Shown here piece by piece: positions 1 through 7,672 of a DNA stretch of 64,000 nt (position 1 is its first letter; the number at the start of each line of letters is the position of its first letter). The notes under the pieces were generated by a model. It searched no databases. It had not been told where the DNA came from and saw nothing but the letters and a program-made list of their open reading frames with translations. The translations under genes and the position numbers were made by a program. The DNA lies in NCBI GenBank assembly GCA_044226015.1, contig JBGAHS010000001.1, forward strand, positions 704,001 to 768,000, read 5' to 3'. The stretch is from Candidatus Obscuribacteraceae bacterium (GTDB lineage: Bacteria; Cyanobacteriota; Vampirovibrionia; Obscuribacterales; Obscuribacteraceae).

Positions 1-1
1 G

Positions 2-343
2 CAAGCACCTATCGGAAGTCAGATTGACCCAGCGCTTGCTCAAAAGTTGAACGAGCTCGAAGCAGCCAGAGACCATGAATCAGCAGTTGGCTTGCTGCGT
101 CAAGTTCTCACTCAGAACCTGCAGAATCCAGATATTCACCACAAACTGGCTGTGAATCTGTTGGCTGCAGGCAACGTGACAGAAGCAATCTCTGAGTTCC
201 GAATTGCATCGGCACTTCGCCCAGGCAACAAGGAGTTCGCAATCGACCTTGCAAGAGCAATGGAAATACACAAACGTTCCCAGGAAAGCGCGAATGAAGA
301 GCAAGTTCCAGCAGCATCAGGAAAAGAGGTAGCCGTTAAATGA
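2..343 (+). CDS. TPR-repeat protein, C-terminal part (5'-partial)
   Basis: Frame is open to the window edge; TPR-like helices (NPDIHHKLAVNLLAAGNVTEAISEFRIASALRP); stop overlaps the next start (ATGA at 340-343). Confidence 0.75.
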   Translation, partial: QAPIGSQIDPALAQKLNELEAARDHESAVGLLRQVLTQNLQNPDIHHKLAVNLLAAGNVTEAISEFRIASALRPGNKEFAIDLARAMEIHKRSQESANEEQVPAASGKEVAVK

Positions 344-3300
344 GCTTCTATTTCCAACCCCCAGATCTAGCTGAATTCCCGAGACGTTCGTACAGAAAGT
401 TTCTCGAAGAAACAATTGGCAAGCTTTTCACTGAAATTTCGCCAATTGGCAGTGAGTTCAACAACCGTTTCGAAATCTCTTTCATCGGCACCGATGGAAA
501 GGCTCACTGGAAGTTCGAAGACTACGGCATCGACTCCGGCTACCCAACATCGGCTGAACATGCTCGCAAATCTAACATGACGCATGCTCGCAGATTGCTC
601 ATGGACATCTGGCTTCGCGATACTCAGACTGGCGTACTGAGAAAGACCACCGCTTACATGGGTGACGTTCCAGTAATTACCGACCGCGGAACCTTCGTCA
701 TCAACGGTTCTGAGCGTGTCGTCCTTGGACAGTTGGTTCGTGCTCCTGGCGTATACTTCTCCAACCCAGACAATCAAATCTACAAAGCTTTGATTCTTGG
801 TGAACTTGGCGCTCCAATTTCTTTTGAACTCGACCTCGAGACCGGAACAGGCAAAACCAGCCGCGCTAAGTGCCGCATCAAGTTGCCAAAGCGTGGATGG
901 GTTTCAGCTGTAACCGTTTTGACAGCAATGGGCGTTGATTGGGATACATTGCAAAAGCGCATCTTCCCTTTGCTCAACAAGCATCGCATTGAGTACAAAC
1001 AACTCAACGCTTCCGAAGCCCTCTCAACCCTGGGCAGAGCCTGGAAGCCAGACGGTGCCGGCGGCGCAGGTGCTGGTTCTTCAGCACTTCAAGAAATCAC
1101 AGACCGTCGTCGTTATTCACTCGGTGATCTCGGTCGTCGTCGCTTCAACCGCAAACTAGACTCTGAAATTCAATCACTTCAGCTCACCAAAGAAGACATT
1201 CTTCTTGTTGTTGAATACTTGCTCAACCTGCCACTCGGCAATGGTACGACCGACAACATCGACAGCCTTGAAAATCGTCACCTTCGTGGAATTGGCGATG
1301 TTCTGACCAAAGCTGTTCGTCCAGCGCTTGCGCAGATGGTTCGTTCAGTTCGCACAAGACTCGAACTGCATGAAGATGATGAAGAAATCGGCAGCCCACA
1401 GGACTTTCTTGATGTTCGTCCTTTCGCAAATGCAATCAACAAGTTCTTCTCGGGCAATCCGTTGGTTCAATATCTCGACCAGCAAAACCCACTTTCTGAA
1501 CTTTCACATCGCCGCCGTATCACATCTTTCGGACCTGGCGGTATTGACCCGAACGCTGCACCGACAGAGATGCGCGACGTGCATCCAAGTCAGATTGGTC
1601 GCGTTTGCCTCGTAGAATCTCCTGAAGGTAAGAACTGCGGTATGGTGTCTTATATGGCAACATTCTGCCGCATCGATAACGACGGTTTCATGACCGTTCC
1701 TTACCGCCGTGTTGTTGATGGTGTAATGACAGATGCTGTCGATTACCTCACACCAGCTGACGACAAAAAATACACACTTGCACCACCCGATACCAAAGTT
1801 GATGGCATTCGCATTTGTGGACCAACAGTTTATGCTCGCCGTGGAGAAAGCTTCTATAACGTCGAACCGAGAGAAGTCGACTATATAGGAATTGCTCCAC
1901 AAGGTTTCCTCTCCGTCGGTTCCGGATTGATTCCTTTCCTCGAGCATGATGATGCCAACCGCGCTTTGATGGGCGGCGGCATGATGCGTCAAACTCTGCC
2001 TTTAATCAAGCCAGAGCGTCCACGCGTCGGAACCGGCATGGAAAAGATTGTTGCTAAGTCTTCTGGTCACTCAATCACCGCAAGACGCGCTGGCACAATC
2101 ACCAAGGTTACTGGCAAAGAAATTAGAGTGACACAGGCGTCTGGCGAATCGCGCACTTATCCTCTAATCCGCTATGACAGAACCAACCAGAACACCATTC
2201 TCGACCAGCGTCCAGCTGTGAAAGTTGGTGACAAAGTCGAAGCCGGACAAATCATCGCTGATGGACCTGGCATCGAAAAAGGCGAACTGGCACTCGGACG
2301 CAATCTCCTCGTAGCTTTCATTCCATGGAATGGACAGAACTATGAAGATGCTATCGTTGTCCGCCGTGGTTTGGTTCGTGACCACAAGCTAAGCCACATC
2401 GAAATCGAGAAGCACACAATCGGCGTTCACCAGACATTGCGTGGACCAGAAATCTTGACTCCAGAGCTTCCGAATATTTCTTCGAAAGATCTTGAGCATC
2501 TCGACGAGCGTGGCATCGCAAAGGTCGGCGCTTATGTTGAGCCTGGCGACATCCTGGTCTCTAAGCTTTCACCAAAAGAAGCTAAAGCAATGAGCGCTGA
2601 AGAAGAATTGCTTCAAGCAATCTTCGGAAAAGTCGCAGAAGAAATGGCTGACACCAGCTTGCGTGTTCCACACGGCTCTGGCGGTCGCGTCATCGATGTG
2701 CGCATCTTCACCCCGGAAACAACTCCAGAGTTGAAAGCTGGATTGATTTGCGAAATCGAAGTGCTCATCGCAAGACTCTGCCCGGTAGAAGTTGGCGATA
2801 AGCTCGCTGGACGCCACGGAAACAAGGGTATCGTTTCCATCATCGTTCCAGACGAAGACATGCCATATTTGCCAGACGGCACCCCTGTTGATATTTGCTT
2901 GAACCCACTGGGCGTTCCAAGCCGTATGAACATCGGACAGGTACTTGATACTCAGCTCGGTCTCTACTCGCAAATTCTCAACCGCTACTATCGCATTCAT
3001 CAATTCGATGAATCGTTGAGCCCAGATGCTTCGTTCAAACTAGTCAACGATGCACTTGCTGATGCTCGCAAAGTTCCAGGTTATGAGTGGATTGGCGAAA
3101 ACGGCAAAACAACACTTTATGACGGCAAGACTGGCGAGCCATTTGATCGTCCAGTTCTGGTCGGTCGCCAGTACATGCTGAAACTGAATCAATTGGTTCT
3201 GCACAAAATTAATGCTCGCTGCGGACTGGGTGGTCCATACGCTGCTGTAACCCAGCAACCCGTTGGTGGTAAAGCGAATCACGGCGGTCAGCGCATGGGT

Positions 3301-4179
3301 GAAATGGAAGTTTGGGCAATTCAAGCATACGGTGCTTCCCATATCCTTCACGAAATGATGACTGTAAAATCTGATGATGTAGAGGGACGTCACCAGATTT
3401 ATTCAGACATGGTACAAGGCAAAGAACTTACATCCGGAAAGAGAACCGCTGCGTTCGACGGACTTTGCTGCGAAATTCGTGGACTGGGTCTGGAAGTCAC
3501 TCTGGGCAAAGTTCTCGATGTCGAAGAGCCAATCGAGTCCAAAGCCTGCACCAAGAAGGGCAATGTCAAAACGAAGTCACTGGAAGAAGAATATCAAGTC
3601 AGCCATGTCGATCAACTCGAAGAAGACGGCAAGAAGATGGTCGAAATTCCAGCTGGCGATTATGAACCATTGATTCGTCCAACCGCTGAACCAGTTCTTG
3701 TTTCACTCGGAATGGGCAGAAATGCAAACAAAGTTCAATTTGATATGTCGGAAGAACCACTTATCGACGACATCGATGAAAACACTGAGTTGCAGCTGAT
3801 CGATGATTTCATCAGTGCCGAAACCGACGACATTATCGCTGCGCTCGGCAACGACAAGCCTGTTCAACCAGAAGCACCATGTTTGCGTAACATTGGACTC
3901 GATGATGTCGAGGACGAAGCCGAAGACATCTTCAGTATCAGTTCAATTATCAGAGCTGAAGCTGGCGACACTTCGATTCAAGGAACCGATGCTGCAAGAG
4001 CCGCAGTGCGTGCCGCTCAAAAGAGTCTCTGGGGTGATGATAAAAAAGATGAGCTGAGCTTTCCATCGTTCAGCGAACTCTCTTCACTTTCGCAACAACT
4101 TTCACAGCTCCTCGTTGGCGAACCCGAAAACGAGTTCAAGCCAGCAAATAATGAGCTGACGATTCTCACCAAGGAGTAA
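340..4179 (+). CDS. rpoB: Divergent DNA-directed RNA polymerase beta subunit (RpoB paralog) with acidic C-terminal extension
   Basis: Colinear beta motifs: GTFVINGSERV, DQQNPLSELSHRRR, PFLEHDDANRALMG, NYEDAI, GDKLAGRHGNKG, NPLGVPSRMNIGQ, GGQRMGEMEVWA, TVKSDD; no rpoC downstream. Confidence 0.95.
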   Translation: MSFYFQPPDLAEFPRRSYRKFLEETIGKLFTEISPIGSEFNNRFEISFIGTDGKAHWKFEDYGIDSGYPTSAEHARKSNMTHARRLLMDIWLRDTQTGVLRKTTAYMGDVPVITDRGTFVINGSERVVLGQLVRAPGVYFSNPDNQIYKALILGELGAPISFELDLETGTGKTSRAKCRIKLPKRGWVSAVTVLTAMGVDWDTLQKRIFPLLNKHRIEYKQLNASEALSTLGRAWKPDGAGGAGAGSSALQEITDRRRYSLGDLGRRRFNRKLDSEIQSLQLTKEDILLVVEYLLNLPLGNGTTDNIDSLENRHLRGIGDVLTKAVRPALAQMVRSVRTRLELHEDDEEIGSPQDFLDVRPFANAINKFFSGNPLVQYLDQQNPLSELSHRRRITSFGPGGIDPNAAPTEMRDVHPSQIGRVCLVESPEGKNCGMVSYMATFCRIDNDGFMTVPYRRVVDGVMTDAVDYLTPADDKKYTLAPPDTKVDGIRICGPTVYARRGESFYNVEPREVDYIGIAPQGFLSVGSGLIPFLEHDDANRALMGGGMMRQTLPLIKPERPRVGTGMEKIVAKSSGHSITARRAGTITKVTGKEIRVTQASGESRTYPLIRYDRTNQNTILDQRPAVKVGDKVEAGQIIADGPGIEKGELALGRNLLVAFIPWNGQNYEDAIVVRRGLVRDHKLSHIEIEKHTIGVHQTLRGPEILTPELPNISSKDLEHLDERGIAKVGAYVEPGDILVSKLSPKEAKAMSAEEELLQAIFGKVAEEMADTSLRVPHGSGGRVIDVRIFTPETTPELKAGLICEIEVLIARLCPVEVGDKLAGRHGNKGIVSIIVPDEDMPYLPDGTPVDICLNPLGVPSRMNIGQVLDTQLGLYSQILNRYYRIHQFDESLSPDASFKLVNDALADARKVPGYEWIGENGKTTLYDGKTGEPFDRPVLVGRQYMLKLNQLVLHKINARCGLGGPYAAVTQQPVGGKANHGGQRMGEMEVWAIQAYGASHILHEMMTVKSDDVEGRHQIYSDMVQGKELTSGKRTAAFDGLCCEIRGLGLEVTLGKVLDVEEPIESKACTKKGNVKTKSLEEEYQVSHVDQLEEDGKKMVEIPAGDYEPLIRPTAEPVLVSLGMGRNANKVQFDMSEEPLIDDIDENTELQLIDDFISAETDDIIAALGNDKPVQPEAPCLRNIGLDDVEDEAEDIFSISSIIRAEAGDTSIQGTDAARAAVRAAQKSLWGDDKKDELSFPSFSELSSLSQQLSQLLVGEPENEFKPANNELTILTKE

Positions 4180-4185
4180 CTTAGA

Positions 4186-5901
4186 ATGGCAGATGCACCA
4201 AAAAAGAAAGGAAGGTTTGTGAGACTGACGAGTCTCACGATGCTGACTGCATCCGCATTAATGACTGTGGCACCTGCAGCACTCGCTGACTACGCCGAAT
4301 GTTTAGGTGGACCGCGGCAAACAGATACTCTGAGAAATCCATTAGTTCCGGGCGCACCAAGCGGTTTGCCCGGACAAGCCGTTACAGGGTCCAGACCGCC
4401 AGCTGTCGGTGATGGTTCATGTCCTGCTCCCTTGATTCAAGGTGATGGCAACGGTCCAACCCGTGTCACAAGCGGTTATGCAGATCGCGGACATGGCAGT
4501 ATTTTCCAGGCCGGTGGCAGCCAGGGCGCTAAGGTTCCTTATGGCTACATCGGTGGTGCGGGTCGCTATCCGACATCTGCTGGTCGTCAGCAAGGTATGT
4601 ACGATTACGGTCAGGGTGCGCGTTACGGCAAAAATACTTATGAAGCCGGCGCAAGCAATCTTGGTCAAACAACATATGAGTCCGGAATGGAATTGTATGG
4701 ACAACGCAAGTATGACGCTGGTCAAGGCATGTATGGACAGACCATTTACCAGGGCAATGGTGGTGGCTATGGTCAACGCACCTACGAAATGGGCGGACAA
4801 ATAGCTGGTCAATCTACCTATGAAAGCGGCATGGGAAATTATGGTAACCGCAGCTATGACTACGGTCAGGGACTTGCTGGACAGGGCACCTACCAGAGTG
4901 GAGCCGGCAATTATGGTCAAAGAACTTATGAAAACGGATCTGAGTTAAGCGGCTCGTCTATGTATGACAATGGCGCTGGAAATGGCGGCATGCGCAAATA
5001 CGATAATGGCGGCGGCAACACTGGCTCGCGTATGTTCGACAATGGTCAGGGCAATGGCGGCACTCAGTATTATTCTGGTAAAGGTCGCGGCGGTCAGATG
5101 ACTTACGACAATGGCCAGGGTAATGGCGGAAAAAAGCTTGGTGATGGTGGCGCCGGAAATGGTGGCACCCGTAGCAATGATTTTGGAACAGAGGCCAACG
5201 GCAGCAGAATCAACAATGATGGTGGCACGCGCACAGGTGCGCAGGGTGTCTACAATGCTGGTGGACCACGTTCAAATGCAGACCAGTCGAATGATAATGT
5301 ATTTGCCCATGACAGACAGGGCAACAACTATGATTTCCAGGGTCCGCTTCCAACAGTTCGTACATTCTGTCGTTATTTAGTTATTCTCGGTGTTGTTGCC
5401 GCCTGCGTTTGGGTAGGCATGGCAGCCATCGGCGTTGTGATGGGTAATCGCAATGGAGTTGAAAGAGTTGTCGGAGCGATTGCAGGTCTTCTGCTATTGC
5501 TTGCAGGCTACACCATCTGGAAGATTGTCCAGATGAATACGTTCAAGGCCAATACCACTGGTGTCTGGTCAATGACTCGCGGAATGGCTCAGCCCAAACC
5601 ACAAAATGGACCAGTTAATCCTCCGCAGAACTTCGCTCCTCCAGAAGACCCAGGTCAGACTCCAGCAGCACCTGGACCAGGAGCCAACCAACAAGAGCAA
5701 CGTCAACGTACTGGTCCTCAAAACTACCGTCCAACGCAGGGTCAGACACCACGTGAAATTCAAGGTCCCTACAACTATCGTCCACAAGGTGGCTACACCG
5801 GTCACCCACAAGGTCCAAACAGAGTCGGCAGCTATGACATTCCTCCTGCCAATATCGTGCCTGAACCGCCCGAAATGCCTGTAATCAACCCGAATAGATA
5901 G
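4186..5901 (+). CDS. Exported/membrane protein with Gly/Tyr/Asn-rich 12-aa repeats, a two-TM pilin-like hairpin and a Pro/Gln-rich tail
   Basis: Signal-peptide-like N-terminus (KKKGRF...APAALA); YxxGxxxxGxxx repeats; two hydrophobic helices at about 5365-5525. Confidence 0.8.
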   Translation: MADAPKKKGRFVRLTSLTMLTASALMTVAPAALADYAECLGGPRQTDTLRNPLVPGAPSGLPGQAVTGSRPPAVGDGSCPAPLIQGDGNGPTRVTSGYADRGHGSIFQAGGSQGAKVPYGYIGGAGRYPTSAGRQQGMYDYGQGARYGKNTYEAGASNLGQTTYESGMELYGQRKYDAGQGMYGQTIYQGNGGGYGQRTYEMGGQIAGQSTYESGMGNYGNRSYDYGQGLAGQGTYQSGAGNYGQRTYENGSELSGSSMYDNGAGNGGMRKYDNGGGNTGSRMFDNGQGNGGTQYYSGKGRGGQMTYDNGQGNGGKKLGDGGAGNGGTRSNDFGTEANGSRINNDGGTRTGAQGVYNAGGPRSNADQSNDNVFAHDRQGNNYDFQGPLPTVRTFCRYLVILGVVAACVWVGMAAIGVVMGNRNGVERVVGAIAGLLLLLAGYTIWKIVQMNTFKANTTGVWSMTRGMAQPKPQNGPVNPPQNFAPPEDPGQTPAAPGPGANQQEQRQRTGPQNYRPTQGQTPREIQGPYNYRPQGGYTGHPQGPNRVGSYDIPPANIVPEPPEMPVINPNR

Positions 5902-5987
5902 AGATTAGAGCTAGTTCAGGAAAGAAAAAATCAGTATTAGAGACGGTTTTCACGCTATTCGAGAAAGAAAATAAACGGTACAACAAT

Positions 5988-6722
5988 ATGGTAATCGAGA
6001 TACAAGCAGGAAAAATGGCAATGAGCATGGCACTTGCCGCCGTGATACTCTCCGCCATTGCTCCAGCGGGCGCTACGCAACCTCGTAGTGAAGTCCGTGA
6101 GGATCGATTCGACAGAAGCACACCGCCACCCGCGCCAACGCGGGCACCACTGACGGGAAATGTATACTCTGTTCGCACCAATCCGCAGCCTGTTCTCAAC
6201 GTGCCTCATCCTGAGGTCTCAAAGCAAAGCACACCACAAGAATGGTTCAATGCGCTGGACACATATGTGGGCTTTTACAGACCAACCGACAAGGATAAGT
6301 ACGTCATAAATACCCCATTTAACGATGAGGTAGAGAAGGTAAATGCCTTCTGCAAAACTGTCGCTGGCGTTGCGCATAAATATCGAGCATTGGCCAAAAA
6401 CCTAAAAGCTATGCCGATTTCGACAAATCTTCCTGACCAACAAAAGGTCAAAGAATATAGAGATTTGCTCGCTAATTGGTACGACGACTCTGCGGTTGTT
6501 TATGAGGACATGATTCGTCCCAGACCAGCAGCAAAAACAAAAGAAGAACTGCAAGGCATGATTGGTTCCATCAGGGACAGATCAGAAAGCTTGAAGTCAA
6601 ATCTGGAACTTCTGCAAAAAATGGATTCAGACATCAGACTCTCTTGCCATGTAGACCCACCCAAATACGATGACATGATTCGCAAATATGCTGGCGAAGC
6701 TGGCTACGCAGGTCATCGCTAG
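5988..6722 (+). CDS. Secreted hypothetical protein (helical)
   Basis: 244-aa ORF with a signal-like N-terminus; true start may be an internal Met. Confidence 0.7.
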   Translation: MVIEIQAGKMAMSMALAAVILSAIAPAGATQPRSEVREDRFDRSTPPPAPTRAPLTGNVYSVRTNPQPVLNVPHPEVSKQSTPQEWFNALDTYVGFYRPTDKDKYVINTPFNDEVEKVNAFCKTVAGVAHKYRALAKNLKAMPISTNLPDQQKVKEYRDLLANWYDDSAVVYEDMIRPRPAAKTKEELQGMIGSIRDRSESLKSNLELLQKMDSDIRLSCHVDPPKYDDMIRKYAGEAGYAGHR

Positions 6723-6794
6723 CTCCTCCCCACTCTCTCCAATTCCCACACTTCAGGCTAATTTTTTGCCTAAAAAACAGAGGACTCCACCATC

Positions 6795-7571
6795 ATGGCC
6801 ATCCAATTAAGCGAGCGAGATATGATGATCTTCAAGTTCATTGAAGAGCACCAGGTACTTCTCGAAAAGCATATTGCCTGGTTCATTTCCTGCGATGAAA
6901 AGCCAGTCTTGATTCGCGATAGACTCAGGAAACTTTTTTACCTCGACTATCTTCTTTGTCAACGTCACGCAGGCAAATTGCCCTGGTGGACAACTCCGAC
7001 AAAGCCGCTAGTCTATATGCTCTCGCCCATGGCGCGTGGTATGGTAGCAAGTTCAGAGTGCGAGATGGACCTATCAGATACTGATGTTCAGCGCCACTTG
7101 CTTGAAGTAGCAAATTTGCGCATGATATTTTTGACAGACCAGAAAGCTGGACTCATCACCGAGTTTCACTGGACAACTGTACCGAGCGTGAGTTCACTGG
7201 CAACTATTTGTGCGACAGTTTCTTTCAACAGAAACGGCAGAGTTCATAGAGCCGCTGTGATCAACAACTTTGGCATCGCCGCAGACAGCGCGCGTGAGGC
7301 TGCAGAAAAAGCTATCGCAGATGGAAGCTCAGATATGATCTGGATAATTTCTTCTGATGAAGCTCAGCAAGAAACTCTGCAACAAGCTCTTAGCAGTTCG
7401 AATATTGCAAACAGAATTGCATTCACTACTCACCAGGAAATATACAAAGCTGGTGTTGTTAAAGCAAAATGGCAGAGTGCAAGCAAAGCTTATGCTCCCG
7501 TTATTGCCGAATCTGTCGTCGTGGCACACACCAATATGGCTTGGAATCCAAGCATGGCAACTCCAGCCTGA
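6795..7571 (+). CDS. wHTH protein, Replic_Relax (replication-relaxation)-like
   Basis: LSERDMMIFKFIEEHQVL...IRDRLRKLFYLDYL and HLLEVANLR resemble the Replic_Relax N-terminus; GAGG RBS upstream. Confidence 0.55.
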   Translation: MAIQLSERDMMIFKFIEEHQVLLEKHIAWFISCDEKPVLIRDRLRKLFYLDYLLCQRHAGKLPWWTTPTKPLVYMLSPMARGMVASSECEMDLSDTDVQRHLLEVANLRMIFLTDQKAGLITEFHWTTVPSVSSLATICATVSFNRNGRVHRAAVINNFGIAADSAREAAEKAIADGSSDMIWIISSDEAQQETLQQALSSSNIANRIAFTTHQEIYKAGVVKAKWQSASKAYAPVIAESVVVAHTNMAWNPSMATPA

Positions 7572-7624
7572 GCGAGATCGGCTGAAATCCTTTCCAGCAC
7601 TATGTTGGAACCCTGAGTATATTG

Positions 7625-7654
7625 AAAGAGCGATGTATCCCATCGCTCTTTTTT
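7625..7654 (+). terminator. Intrinsic terminator
   Basis: AAAGAGCGATG-tatcc-CATCGCTCTTT followed by TTT. Confidence 0.75.
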
Positions 7655-7672
7655 GCTAAGATTGCCAATAAC

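Noticed and set aside
340..4179. Phage or prophage-encoded RNA polymerase
   Set aside because: It is colinear with cellular RpoB along its whole length and no phage genes are nearby; a distant mobile origin cannot be excluded
4600..5220. Ice-nucleation protein or RTX repeats
   Set aside because: The period is 12 aa, without the AGYGSTxTA 16-mer or GGxGxDxLx nonamer consensus
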